Shown: one piece after another, positions 38,633 to 49,581 of the stretch
Layout of the letters: each line of letters begins with the position of its first letter
Numbering within the stretch: position 1 is the stretch's first letter
IMG/VR virus record: IMGVR_UViG_3300031998_000004
Source of the DNA: a virus
Taxonomy: Duplodnaviria > Caudoviricetes
DNA length: 64,000 nt
Direction: 5' to 3' (one strand)
Translations under genes and position numbers: made by a program
Notes under the pieces: generated by a model
Database searches by the model: none
What the model saw: only the letters and a program-made list of their open reading frames with translations
Told to the model about the DNA's origin: nothing

Positions 38633-39763
38633 TTAAATATCAAGATTAATTTTTAATGTATTTTTTATGAAATCTTTAATATTAATTCCGTTTTTATAAT
38701 CAATTTCCCATACAATAATTGTATTAATATTTCTGAGTTCCTTTAATTTTTTTATTTTATACTCATCATTATCCCATATCTCTTTGGCGGTAATTTTTAA
38801 ATTAAATGGATTTGGATGATCTTCTTTTTTATAAACCCGAGGATCTGCGTGAAATGTAGTTCCGTTGAATTCTATGCATAAATTTAATTCATCAATAAAG
38901 TAATCTAAAAATACATATTTATCTTTTAAATTAATACCAAATTCTCTATTTTTTGTTGCATAATATGTTGTGTATTTTGGAGATAAATATTTATCTAATT
39001 CATTAAAAAATATTTGTGAAATTTCTGAATAATATTGAGGCGCTTTGTTAATTTTCTCCATATACATGTTCATTCCGACTTCTTCTCCATACCTTTTAAT
39101 ATAAGCTTCAATCGTTTGTGATTTTGCTTTGTTAATACTATTCGCTTTTTCTTCTCCATAAGTTTTCACCATATATTCCCAAGATTTTGTTTCTGATTGC
39201 CTTTCACAATACTTATTCCACATTTTTCTTCCTTCTTCCTCTCCATGACGATTAATAAGATTTTTTAATGTAACAGCCCGCGATTTATTGTATTCTTTGA
39301 ACTGCTTTTCTGTCCACCCATATTTTTCTTTTTTATATTCAAATGTATTGGTTTTAGATTGTTTTTTACAATATTCATCCCAAATTTTATTTCCTTTTTC
39401 TTCTCCATACTTTTCAATCATATGTTTCTGAGTCATCGCATATTTTTCACGAGTTCTTAAATATACATCTTCTGGAATATCAAATGCATATTTTGTAGAT
39501 TCACACATTGTACAAAATGAACGTATCGGAATTTTTATATTTGGGAATTTTTTAAGTAGGCATTTTTGACATATTTGTAATGGATATGTGATGTCTTCTA
39601 CAATTTTAGAAGTTAAATAACTTTTACCTTTAATATGTAATTTATTATACTTATCAACATATACACATGTATTATCATATATTATATCTTGACCACAACA
39701 TTTGCATTTACTCCTTACAATATTATTATCATTTAATATTTTTGTGTATTCCTGTATCTCCAT
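38633..39763 (-). mobile_element. Free-standing homing-endonuclease-like gene (Vsr/DUF559-type nuclease with KYGEE helical repeats) inserted in polB
   Basis: N-terminal CxxC pairs, repeated KYGEEKG..W..YC.KQ, C-terminal LDYF...IEFNG..FH.DP...W..D..K...IVWE; very AT-rich. Confidence 0.8.
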
Positions 39764-39852
39764 AAATCAATATATTATTTAAGTTAATAATAATTAATTC
39801 GTAGATGAATATTTAAATATTTTTATTTTTGTATTAAACCAGTATCTCCATA

Positions 39853-41826
39853 TCATGACATTTTCTTAACAGTTATTCCTAATTTTTTATGTAACTCTTT
39901 AGCGTCGTACCAGTTATTTTGAAACCATTGTGGTATATGATCCATCATAATATGTATGATATTTCTAGCTTCTGCTGTTATACAATTTGCGAGATTCATA
40001 TGGAACCAGAAAAAAGCAATATGAGAGCTGCCCCCGTAAAGTGAGTTCATAATGTACTTCACTGCTTGTTCATATGAACTTAAATATTCTATCTCATCAT
40101 GTAGTTTAATAGAAAACTCTTTTAATTCATCGCACATCTTCAAAAGATCTCCAGTGTTCTCAATATGGTACCCAATCTCATCAACTCCTTTCACTACGTC
40201 ATCTGGATACTTCTTATTATCGACTACTTTACCATCAAGAATATGTTTAGTGTCATTCATCACAGTAGCATCCATCTTCTTATATAGATACTTTGCTCGG
40301 TTTCTGTTTTGAGCAAGCTGAGTTTGAATAATCCTAAAAGCGTAATCCTTATCGTTCTTAAACACACATCCCGTTACACTGACAAAGTAATTAGGATCTT
40401 TCCGATATAGATCGAGTTTCTCGTCATTTAAAAACTTTCCGATATAATCTCCCAACTCAGGTTTCTCAAGAGAACCTTTATTTTTATATACTTCTGGACC
40501 AACAACAATATATTTTACCGGATCGGCTCGATACGGATCTAGTTTGGCATCATCCCAATATGCACCTACGTAGTTTTCCACACTGATATTAGTTGTACGG
40601 ATGGTTGATGGATATAGAGAAGCAAAGTCATTACAACAAACAAACTTATGTTTACCTGGTGTTGGTATCCGGACATAAGCCCCTAACAATCTCCCTCTAT
40701 CTACCTGTTTCTCCTCAGGAACCACTTTAATACCGTTTTTATAGAAATAATCCCAGAACATTGCTTCAGACAACGCAATCTTACTAAAACACTTACCTAT
40801 CATCTCGTTACAGTAAAGCGCCTGAGCATAGATGTTTTGCATCGTCTTAAACTTCTTATCAAGTAACTGTACAAGAAGACTATCAATACCATTATAGAAT
40901 ACATATCGGTCATAGTCTCCTCTATATAAGTCATCCAAAGAACCGTCATACTCAATCTTATGAGAATGAATCATCTCCCCAGCGACAAAATCCAAACTCA
41001 TGCTTTCTTTAATCGGCATCACCACATAGTCGAAGTTTTCTATAACATCCATCATATCGAGCACAAGTGTATGACATGGTATAGATAGTCTCACCTTCTC
41101 CTGTCTCTGATCGGTGTAGTTCTTCGATGTCAATGTCTTATTCATCGAACACATCCCAAACCAGATATTAGGAAAATAGAACTTACAACGGTTCTGTATA
41201 TACTGCCAGTCAAAGAGAATTGAGTTCCATCCAGCAAGGACTGGAACAATAGCAACAATCTTTTCTAGGAAATACCTAAGCATTGACTCTTCACTAGGAA
41301 AGACCACATACTTAATCTTTGGCATCGGAAGTCCCAGTTCGTGGAAGTATTCAAGGTTATTTATATACTCTTCAAACCTACTCTGAAGGAGAGCATCCCC
41401 TCCGGGACCAAGGGGACGAGTTCCAAGGATCATCACATTACATTCAGGAGACACAATAGAAATGGTTGTGATGGGGAACTTCGCTTGTGTGGGATCAGGG
41501 AACTCTTCTACATCATCTGGAGAGAGCCTAGTGAGTGTCTCAATATCAAATGTATACAGTTTTGGATTAGTTTTTCCACGCAAGAGCTTCTGGTATTGCT
41601 CTGGTAGTTCGGTTATGTAATTGCGAATATCAAACCTGTGCGGACGTTCGGTCCAACGGACATCACATTTGCTTCCGTCCCAATTAGTGAACTTGCCTGT
41701 TGGTGTTTTGTAATAGGATTTGAATCTTTCAACGTTGAAATTAAGAACTTGTTTTGCGCCGTTTTCCTTGATATAGGAGATGGAAAGATTCTTTTTGTTA
41801 GAATTATAGTTGTAGTCGAGTATCAT
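39853..41826 (-). CDS. DNA polymerase family B, N-terminal part (3'-5' exonuclease, motifs A and B)
   Basis: FDIET, GWNS..FD, YN..D, DFASLYPS, KYIMNSLYG. Confidence 0.92.
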   Translation of the reverse strand: MILDYNYNSNKKNLSISYIKENGAKQVLNFNVERFKSYYKTPTGKFTNWDGSKCDVRWTERPHRFDIRNYITELPEQYQKLLRGKTNPKLYTFDIETLTRLSPDDVEEFPDPTQAKFPITTISIVSPECNVMILGTRPLGPGGDALLQSRFEEYINNLEYFHELGLPMPKIKYVVFPSEESMLRYFLEKIVAIVPVLAGWNSILFDWQYIQNRCKFYFPNIWFGMCSMNKTLTSKNYTDQRQEKVRLSIPCHTLVLDMMDVIENFDYVVMPIKESMSLDFVAGEMIHSHKIEYDGSLDDLYRGDYDRYVFYNGIDSLLVQLLDKKFKTMQNIYAQALYCNEMIGKCFSKIALSEAMFWDYFYKNGIKVVPEEKQVDRGRLLGAYVRIPTPGKHKFVCCNDFASLYPSTIRTTNISVENYVGAYWDDAKLDPYRADPVKYIVVGPEVYKNKGSLEKPELGDYIGKFLNDEKLDLYRKDPNYFVSVTGCVFKNDKDYAFRIIQTQLAQNRNRAKYLYKKMDATVMNDTKHILDGKVVDNKKYPDDVVKGVDEIGYHIENTGDLLKMCDELKEFSIKLHDEIEYLSSYEQAVKYIMNSLYGGSSHIAFFWFHMNLANCITAEARNIIHIMMDHIPQWFQNNWYDAKELHKKLGITVKKMS

Positions 41827-41913
41827 AATTGCTCAATGTAATTTACTTGTTAGATTCAAATAAATATATGTATCTTACCTTTATTATTTAAATGAGATTT
41901 TAACGCATATGAT

Positions 41914-43440
41914 ATGAAATTACTTACGAACATAGTTTTATATAGTAACACCAGGATTACCCAACCGTATATGATTGAGTTATTTCCTGGTGATTCATCG
42001 ATATCATTAAAGGATGAATTTTACTTTAAAATAAATGGTTCTAAAGATTACTACGATAGTGAATCTTATTTAATGCTTTCTAGTAATTTTCCTCAATATA
42101 TTAAAAAGGAAAATGAATGGTATAAACCCAATCAAACACCAAAAGAAACCTATCAGTTAACACCCGCTACGTTAAAAGTGTATTTTCCACAATATTCTGT
42201 TGATACCTTTAAAAAGGATACGACATATATGTTAACTGCTTATACATATATTCATGGCAAAAAAATTCAATTAGGGTGTTTTGAGTTTAAAAGAAAGGAT
42301 TGTTTAGCTTGTCCTCCTATTAAATTTGGTGGGATGAATGAATATTACGAATATATGGATTTCAAAATAGCGGATCCTTTTTCTATTCATTTTGAAGATG
42401 AATCCGTTGATATTAGAAGACAATTAGGAGAACCAGATAGAACTAATAATACAGGATCAATATTATATTTATGTATTGATGTTGTTGATTATGTTGATGA
42501 TCATTATATTAAAAACGAAGAATGGAATAACTGTCAAAACGGAATACAAATAACCGATTCCGATATACTTCGATTAGAAACAAAATATGACCCGGATACT
42601 AATTTTTTGAATATGAATATATTCTATAACAAAACATACGGGAATGATTTTGTTGATTACATATATGAAACATACGGTGTTTCAAATACAGCACTTGTAT
42701 GGGAGTATGTTATTATGGATAATAATGATATATATTATGAAGAAAATTCGGTTACTTATATGAGTAAAAATAATGAATATTCGTTTCATTATGATTTTGA
42801 TATGAGTTTTGAATCGGGTGCATATGATTCTGATGAAGGTGCTGTTCCGCTTGGTGGAGTTTTTAAATCGTTTGATGATTGGAAACCCGGTATGTATATA
42901 AACAGCTCCGTATCTTTTTATGAACGAAAAGAATTTGATGGCACCGATAATTCTATTCCGTTTATAACATTACTTTCAAATAGAATCCCTATAACACAGG
43001 AAATGTTTGCTGAAATAATTCGTGATTATTCATTTCCTTCGAAAATAGACCTAACAAATTTAAATATGGATAATATAACAATTAATACATTTAATCAAAT
43101 ATCTCAAGAGACCATAATTGTTCCAAAACCAAATGATTCCACAAAAAATCATATTATGCAACCTATATTTTATCAGACCAGATCATTGAATGAGACAATT
43201 ATTCATCCCGCGGTTTCTGAAAATATTTGTATCAATTTGGATTCTTATAAGTCTTTAGTAAAAAGGTTTATATTACAAGTAGAAGGCGTGACCTTTAAAG
43301 AAGCAGGCCGAACTAATAAAGGAGTTATATTTAAGGTAATTGGTAGTTCGCTTCCAAAAAATTCAAACGAAGGAACTTTATACGTATTAGATCAAGACTT
43401 GAATTTAGTGACTTCTGGGAAATACACTTATGCTTATTAA
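41914..43440 (+). CDS. putative structural protein
   Basis: 508-aa ORF leading the baseplate operon; ATTATTTA at 41883-41890. Confidence 0.5.
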   Translation: MKLLTNIVLYSNTRITQPYMIELFPGDSSISLKDEFYFKINGSKDYYDSESYLMLSSNFPQYIKKENEWYKPNQTPKETYQLTPATLKVYFPQYSVDTFKKDTTYMLTAYTYIHGKKIQLGCFEFKRKDCLACPPIKFGGMNEYYEYMDFKIADPFSIHFEDESVDIRRQLGEPDRTNNTGSILYLCIDVVDYVDDHYIKNEEWNNCQNGIQITDSDILRLETKYDPDTNFLNMNIFYNKTYGNDFVDYIYETYGVSNTALVWEYVIMDNNDIYYEENSVTYMSKNNEYSFHYDFDMSFESGAYDSDEGAVPLGGVFKSFDDWKPGMYINSSVSFYERKEFDGTDNSIPFITLLSNRIPITQEMFAEIIRDYSFPSKIDLTNLNMDNITINTFNQISQETIIVPKPNDSTKNHIMQPIFYQTRSLNETIIHPAVSENICINLDSYKSLVKRFILQVEGVTFKEAGRTNKGVIFKVIGSSLPKNSNEGTLYVLDQDLNLVTSGKYTYAY

Positions 43441-43784
43441 TGATTGATTTCAGTTTGTATAAAAAAACAGGCACTGCCACTATCAACGACGAAATCGATT
43501 TGCTTCTTCAGCAGGTCGATATGATATTTAATACGACACCTACAGAAGTATTAGGAGATAATGAGTTTGGTACCGAATATGATAGGTACCTATATGATTT
43601 AAAAATGTCCGCCGAGAATATAAAACATGTTGTTGAAGGCGATTTATCTAACATAAATACTATGGGTTGGACTTATAATGTTGATACATATTTATTACAC
43701 GGCACAGAACAAGATATTCTTGTTATAGATATAGCTTTTATAAAAGGATCAGAGGTGGTTAAAAAAACATACAAAATATCTTAA
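43440..43784 (+). CDS. Baseplate wedge protein gp25-like
   Basis: IFNT.P.EVLG..EFG....YLY pattern; upstream of the gp6-like gene. Confidence 0.75.
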   Translation: MIDFSLYKKTGTATINDEIDLLLQQVDMIFNTTPTEVLGDNEFGTEYDRYLYDLKMSAENIKHVVEGDLSNINTMGWTYNVDTYLLHGTEQDILVIDIAFIKGSEVVKKTYKIS

Positions 43785-43785
43785 T

Positions 43786-45462
43786 ATGAAAATATTTTCA
43801 TTATTGGAAACTCAATACGGCAAATTCATAACTTCCGTCAAAGACTATTTATCAAAATCACTTTCTAGTATTGGTGAATATTATGGAAGTTCAACAATAT
43901 TTGGGCAACTCATAAATGTACTACAAGGAGTTGTTCAAAATATTATGTTGTATATAGAAGACGCGATGACAGAACAAAACAAATGGTCTGCACAAAGAAA
44001 GAAATCTATATATGGGTTAGCAGCTCAATCCGGATATGAACCATATCTTGGTAAGGCCGCTGGTGTACAATTAAAAATAACATACGTAGCGTCGAACTCA
44101 CAGAGTACGGATATAATTTTGAGAAACCACGAAGAATTAACATGTACTCAAAATGGGTTACAATATAATATTATATTACCTCAAGAAGCAATCGTACTGA
44201 ATATTCAAAAAGATAATTCATCCAAGTATTTATATGCGGTTCAGGGTAGATTCGAATCACAGACTTTTATCAGTACTGGTGGTAAGTATTGGACCAAGAA
44301 TTTCCAATTTGTTGGAAATATAGATACTGATTATATATCACTATCTGTCAATAATGAACCTTGGGAATACGAAGCATCCCTTTATGATATGGCTCCCGAT
44401 TCAAAAACATTTACTTATAAAGTGGGTTATAATGGTGGTATAGATTTGATATTTGGAGATAATACCCATGGAAGATCATTAAAGAAAAACGATGTTATAA
44501 AAGTAACATATCTTATTCATGAAGGTGAGGGTGGAAACCTGGATCCTTCTCAAGAGACTTATTTTGTATTTAATAACAATTTAGGCACTATAGCCGGAGA
44601 TAATGTTGATGGGAACTCAATATTTAATATATCTTTTGCAACATTAGATGGTATTACAAGCGGATCTGATACAGAAGCGTTGGAATCAATTAGAACTAAT
44701 ATAGGATATAATAGCAGGTCTCTTGTACTAGCTAGTCCAGAAAACTATAAAAATTACTTATCTAAATTCTCATTTGTAGGATATAATCGTTCCTGGTCCG
44801 AACAGGGGTCATTAATTATTAACACTCTTGCAATGAAGAATTATAAACTTAACATATCTAAAGGATTAGATTATTTCAATCTTAAAGAGTCCGATTTCTT
44901 CTTATCCGATTCACAAAAAGAATCTATCATAAATTCTATAACTCAAAGTGGAAGACAATTGGCTGGATCTACATATAATATCATTAATCCCGAATTATGT
45001 AAGTATTTCCTTACTATATATATTAAACCAAAATCCAAACATTACGATAAAACATATTTGGAATCAAAGATTAGAAATTTGATTGGTGAGTTCTTTACGA
45101 ATATAGAGTCGGATCAATATATTCCTAAATCGGATATTGAAAAATACATTCTTGATAATGTTTCAGAAGTTGATGGAGTTAATTGTTATTTCTTATCGGA
45201 GAAAAATGAAACGGCATTACAAACACTTCGATATGATGAAACAAAATATGTATGGGATCCGATAGCTGAAAAATATGATATAGTAATAGAAAAGCACTAT
45301 TTAACCCCCGGTGAGAATCCAGGAATTGGTCTCGATGCTCATGGTAATATCGAATTACATTCGGATCATGAATTTCCTGTATTGATGGGTGGATGGGATT
45401 GGCTAAATGATAACAAACAAGAAGTTCCTGTGGTTGATCCACTAAATATAATATTCGAATAA
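43786..45462 (+). CDS. Baseplate wedge protein gp6-like
   Basis: AQRKKSIYGLA...GY, LIFGD..HG, V.YL...G..GN, G.D.E.LESIR, V....Y. Confidence 0.8.
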   Translation: MKIFSLLETQYGKFITSVKDYLSKSLSSIGEYYGSSTIFGQLINVLQGVVQNIMLYIEDAMTEQNKWSAQRKKSIYGLAAQSGYEPYLGKAAGVQLKITYVASNSQSTDIILRNHEELTCTQNGLQYNIILPQEAIVLNIQKDNSSKYLYAVQGRFESQTFISTGGKYWTKNFQFVGNIDTDYISLSVNNEPWEYEASLYDMAPDSKTFTYKVGYNGGIDLIFGDNTHGRSLKKNDVIKVTYLIHEGEGGNLDPSQETYFVFNNNLGTIAGDNVDGNSIFNISFATLDGITSGSDTEALESIRTNIGYNSRSLVLASPENYKNYLSKFSFVGYNRSWSEQGSLIINTLAMKNYKLNISKGLDYFNLKESDFFLSDSQKESIINSITQSGRQLAGSTYNIINPELCKYFLTIYIKPKSKHYDKTYLESKIRNLIGEFFTNIESDQYIPKSDIEKYILDNVSEVDGVNCYFLSEKNETALQTLRYDETKYVWDPIAEKYDIVIEKHYLTPGENPGIGLDAHGNIELHSDHEFPVLMGGWDWLNDNKQEVPVVDPLNIIFE

Positions 45463-45466
45463 TCTT

Positions 45467-47767
45467 ATGATAAAATTCTTTAATGAGGAAGGTAACGTAT
45501 TTGAAGGAAAATCTCCATATATCCATTGGTTGAATAATGGACAGTCTATTGGATTGTGGTATAATCTTAAGTTATTTGTTATAACAGATTATAAACCAAC
45601 GACCCCGGAGACTCCTCAATTATCATATTATGGATTGAAAGATGATAGTATATTCAGATTTATCAACAAAAACCTTCTAGGAACTACAACAGATATTAAT
45701 GAGCTTACTTGTTTGGATTTCGTTGATGCAGGTGGAGTAGAGTATATAGATTCTAATTCCGGCAAATCATATACGGTATATCAAATACTTATAGTATGTA
45801 CCTCGGATATTTCTGGACAGTTTACGGATTCGTTTATTCTTTCCGATGGAGAATCTACAATAGATGTTAATATTGGGGCTGACTTCTATATGGAAAACGA
45901 GATGTTATCTATTAATCTTGGAAATAAGGGAATGGATATTTCCCCACTCATAAATAAAGCATTTTATGAGAATGATTATAGGGAAAATAATATAGATAAC
46001 ATATTGATTAACAGAAAGTTTAAAGAACTACTCGCAAATTATATTGATATAATTGATTGTAAAGGTTCTTATCGTTCTCTTTATAATTCTCTTGAATGGT
46101 TTGGGTGGAAAGATAAGGTTTCTTTATATGAAATATGGAAATCAAATGATACTTATTTTGAAAAAAAGTTAGAAGTAACGTTATCTGAATTTTATAAAGA
46201 ACTCATATATACACATTCTAAAACAACCCACATTTCTCTCGTAACATTATTTCAAACTACCGAACCAGGCGACAGTTTTGATATTGAGAAAAACCCCATT
46301 GTTGCTGAAATAGAAAGACAGTGGACTAATGAAGAACTAATGGTGAAGATATCTCTTCTTGGAGCATTCTTTGCAAAATACTTTATGCCTATTCATTTGG
46401 ATCTTTATAGAGCTTCATTAGAATATCTTGTATTTACTCCACAAGTAAAAGCATCTTATGGGTCCTCAAATAATTCATATAATTTCTTCGAAGATACCGG
46501 TGTGGTTGATATCAAAATGGATAATATAGTAACTATAGGAAATATCGAACCCGTTGCTGTCGGTCCTGATACTATGTTTGGGAGAACTTGGGAAAATGAG
46601 CAAAATAATTTTGTTCCGATTGGTGTTGATTTTATTAATGATATTGACAGTGTTTCTAATACTGATTTAACATCATTTTATAGCCAATTATATAACGGCA
46701 TTGGGGTTGTGATCCCAGTAACGGTTACGGTTCCATTATCTGATGTATATGATGGTGTAAGTGTAGAAACTATTTATTTATATAAGAACGGTATCGAATC
46801 TAATCCTATTGTATTAACCGATAGAAAATTATTTATGTCTGATGGTGAAAAGGCAGAATTTACATTTAATCTCCTTTCAACTAAAGAAGAAAAGGTGTCT
46901 TTCTCGTTGGAACTTCACTCATTATCCGGCCATACTTGGACAGCGTGTGCGAGTTATAAAGCCGTTGATCCTACAGGCAGTTATTTGAAAGTGTGCAGGG
47001 TGAGTCCTAAACAAACACTCACTGGTGATTTTGTTGACAATATGAATGGGAATCCATGGGGAACTCAATATAATACTATTCAAGTTGAACCATACTCGGG
47101 TACAACAATCGATCCTTCCAAGTATACTGCACAGTATCTTGTTCAATATCTTCCAAATAGTAATACAGCTAAAGTACAACAATTGTACCATGAAATAATT
47201 ATTGGAGAAAATGAAGATACTGGTAGTGATTATGCGGAGAGGGAAGTGAGCGGAATGAATTATGATAACTATTGGAGAATTGGGATTGGTCCGTTATATA
47301 ACGACGACTCAACCAAAAACCATAAATACACGTTATATGTCAATAAGATTGCGGGCTCTTGGGGTAGTCAGGATTCTCAAGATATAATTAATGAGTATTC
47401 AAACGCGTTAGTTAGACATGATAAAACTCATCTTCCACAACTATATGACTTTAATGATATAGAAGAGAGTAATCCACAAACCTTGAATAGTTATACATTT
47501 TCGGGCGATGATCTTTTCTGTATTATTCCACAGTTTAGTCAGACTCTCGGAAGAAATATTGATTTAGAAACCATTCGTTGGGAGTTCAAGAATATGTCCA
47601 CTCTACAAACCATATCATATAACATTCCTATGACTCAACCAATTCTTACAAATAATGAATACAAAGAACTCGATCCCGGTTATTGGAGTATTACTATGTA
47701 TTATAGATTGGTTGGTTCGGGAGCAGAACATGTATTAACCAAAAACTCCGCGTTTAGGATAAAATAA
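45467..47767 (+). CDS. Baseplate wedge protein (gp7-like/tail protein I region)
   Basis: KGSYRSL...L.WFG motif; follows the gp6-like gene. Confidence 0.55.
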   Translation: MIKFFNEEGNVFEGKSPYIHWLNNGQSIGLWYNLKLFVITDYKPTTPETPQLSYYGLKDDSIFRFINKNLLGTTTDINELTCLDFVDAGGVEYIDSNSGKSYTVYQILIVCTSDISGQFTDSFILSDGESTIDVNIGADFYMENEMLSINLGNKGMDISPLINKAFYENDYRENNIDNILINRKFKELLANYIDIIDCKGSYRSLYNSLEWFGWKDKVSLYEIWKSNDTYFEKKLEVTLSEFYKELIYTHSKTTHISLVTLFQTTEPGDSFDIEKNPIVAEIERQWTNEELMVKISLLGAFFAKYFMPIHLDLYRASLEYLVFTPQVKASYGSSNNSYNFFEDTGVVDIKMDNIVTIGNIEPVAVGPDTMFGRTWENEQNNFVPIGVDFINDIDSVSNTDLTSFYSQLYNGIGVVIPVTVTVPLSDVYDGVSVETIYLYKNGIESNPIVLTDRKLFMSDGEKAEFTFNLLSTKEEKVSFSLELHSLSGHTWTACASYKAVDPTGSYLKVCRVSPKQTLTGDFVDNMNGNPWGTQYNTIQVEPYSGTTIDPSKYTAQYLVQYLPNSNTAKVQQLYHEIIIGENEDTGSDYAEREVSGMNYDNYWRIGIGPLYNDDSTKNHKYTLYVNKIAGSWGSQDSQDIINEYSNALVRHDKTHLPQLYDFNDIEESNPQTLNSYTFSGDDLFCIIPQFSQTLGRNIDLETIRWEFKNMSTLQTISYNIPMTQPILTNNEYKELDPGYWSITMYYRLVGSGAEHVLTKNSAFRIK

Positions 47768-47793
47768 AAAAGATGACCGTTTGGTCATCTTTT
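47766..47793. terminator. Bidirectional terminator
   Basis: AAAAAAGATGACC-GTTT-GGTCATCTTTT. Confidence 0.8.
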
Positions 47794-47815
47794 ATTGTAA
47801 TTATGAAATAGTGAA

Positions 47816-48133
47816 CTATTCGGTTTCTGCTTGAGACCCTTCCTCCTCATCTACTTGCCTCATCATCTGATTGGCTATATTTTCAATAATGTATTCGCAT
47901 ACATCATGCCGCCTATCCGTGAAAACCAGCTGTTTGGTGTCTTTATTGATAATAGCATATCCGACCACATGTGCTTCTTTATCTGCCCCTTCCCATAGCT
48001 GGACTACAAAACAAGGCACCCTTAATTCTGCACAATATTCGGTAAGCCCCCTATGAATACACATTTCTTGTCCATCATGAAATCCGGGCGAAGTCTCGGT
48101 TGGTTTAAATTTGTATTGTATATTTTCAATCAT
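47816..48133 (-). CDS. hypothetical protein
   Basis: 105-aa ORF. Confidence 0.55.
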   Translation of the reverse strand: MIENIQYKFKPTETSPGFHDGQEMCIHRGLTEYCAELRVPCFVVQLWEGADKEAHVVGYAIINKDTKQLVFTDRRHDVCEYIIENIANQMMRQVDEEEGSQAETE

Positions 48134-48150
48134 ATTCTTTTCATTTATAT

Positions 48151-48612
48151 TTATCGTCTTCCTCCACCAGAATGATGATGTCCTGAAGGCGGCCCACCGT
48201 GTCTCCCACCGGAGTACCTAGGAGTGTTTCTATGGTGTCCGTTGCCACGTGGAGTGGTGTAACGATAATGGAAGTAATAAGTTGGTCTTGGTGTTGAATA
48301 ATACTGATGATGTGGTCTGCGATAGTCATAGTAATAAACATCATTCCGTTGGTTGACAACTGTACTAACTAGAATAGTCTTCCCACATACAACATAAAGA
48401 TGTCCGTTTATATCAACAAACGAAACAGTGGCTGTTGTACCAGTTACTTCATAACTCTTAACATAAACATGCGGATAATAAGCGCGTTGCCCACTTCCGT
48501 CATCAAGTACGGTTACATTGTTGTATGTATCTTGATAGTATCGGGTTGTTCCACAGGATATCGCAAGTAATGAAATAAGAATTGTAAGAAAAATTGCCTT
48601 AAGTGTCTTCAT
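48151..48612 (-). CDS. Lipoprotein with His/Arg/Gly-rich tail
   Basis: Signal peptide with lipobox LAISC. Confidence 0.7.
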   Translation of the reverse strand: MKTLKAIFLTILISLLAISCGTTRYYQDTYNNVTVLDDGSGQRAYYPHVYVKSYEVTGTTATVSFVDINGHLYVVCGKTILVSTVVNQRNDVYYYDYRRPHHQYYSTPRPTYYFHYRYTTPRGNGHHRNTPRYSGGRHGGPPSGHHHSGGGRR

Positions 48613-48623
48613 AATATTGTTAT

Positions 48624-49163
48624 TTAATCATCATCTCGACCATTAATTCTTGCAGACTCTTCCTCAAGCCATGCAGCAAATAAAACAGAGTCCCAATCCT
48701 TGATGAATCCGTCCTTTTGGATAGTGATTTTAATATAATCTCCATATCCACTATCGTCAATCGCAAGGAAATTAGGGACATAATCATTCTCCACAGAAAG
48801 AATCGCTTCATCATACCAGTTATCCGGATTTGGTCCATTATGGACGCGCCTGGTTATCTCCCATGAGCACTCATCGCAGACTTTGAAGTGCATGCGGATT
48901 TCTTTTCCACAGGTATAGTCATAGTTCTCCACCTTACCAGTTTCAGGATTGATAACGAGCCTGAGCAGATCTCCGTCTACCAGACCAATCTTATATTCCT
49001 TGTTGTATCGACCAAGAAGGTCTTTAATAGTATCCGGGTCGGTGTCTTCTTCGAACTCCTGTCCATCGATTTCACAGTCCTCCCAGTATCGTACATTTGC
49101 ATAAACAATCACCTTGTTAATGGTAACAGGACCAGGCTTGAAAGTAAAATTCTTGATAATCAT
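48624..49163 (-). CDS. conserved phage hypothetical protein
   Basis: VRYWED, MHFKVCDE, DYVP...YGDYI...I..DG.I..W motifs. Confidence 0.65.
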   Translation of the reverse strand: MIIKNFTFKPGPVTINKVIVYANVRYWEDCEIDGQEFEEDTDPDTIKDLLGRYNKEYKIGLVDGDLLRLVINPETGKVENYDYTCGKEIRMHFKVCDECSWEITRRVHNGPNPDNWYDEAILSVENDYVPNFLAIDDSGYGDYIKITIQKDGFIKDWDSVLFAAWLEEESARINGRDDD

Positions 49164-49194
49164 AGTTATGTCTGTTTGAATTTAATTAACAAAT

Positions 49195-49581
49195 CTATTT
49201 AACATATTTAGTATATATTTGGTCAAACGTCTTCCATGTACAATACATATTTGGGGTTATCTTAAAAATATCTGATTCCCTTTTGATTGTGCACTTGCGA
49301 TGCAGCATCGTTATAAACTCTTCGGGGGTGTAATGATAAATTTCTTGTATTGCGGGTACCGTATCTCTAACAACAGTACCATCCCAAGTTAATTGTCGTT
49401 CCCGTATGTTTTTCTTGGTGAATAATATATTTGCTTCATCCCAAGAGACATCACAATCCATATAATAGAGTTCGGTGTCTCCAACGGAGCACTCATCATA
49501 GAAATGACCGGGTGTCAACGGACCGGTCTTCGAACAAGCTATCAAAAGAACACATATGAGTATCCACAAGCGCTTCATCAA
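49195..49581 (-). CDS. Lipoprotein
   Basis: MKRLWILICVLLIA-C lipobox. Confidence 0.6.
   Translation of the reverse strand: MMKRLWILICVLLIACSKTGPLTPGHFYDECSVGDTELYYMDCDVSWDEANILFTKKNIRERQLTWDGTVVRDTVPAIQEIYHYTPEEFITMLHRKCTIKRESDIFKITPNMYCTWKTFDQIYTKYVK

Noticed and set aside
38621-39852. Group I intron or intein in polB
   Set aside because: The non-coding flanks are very short with no recognisable core helices. There are stop codons and separate starts, and no intein C/S...HN termini. A covariance search is still needed to exclude an intron formally.
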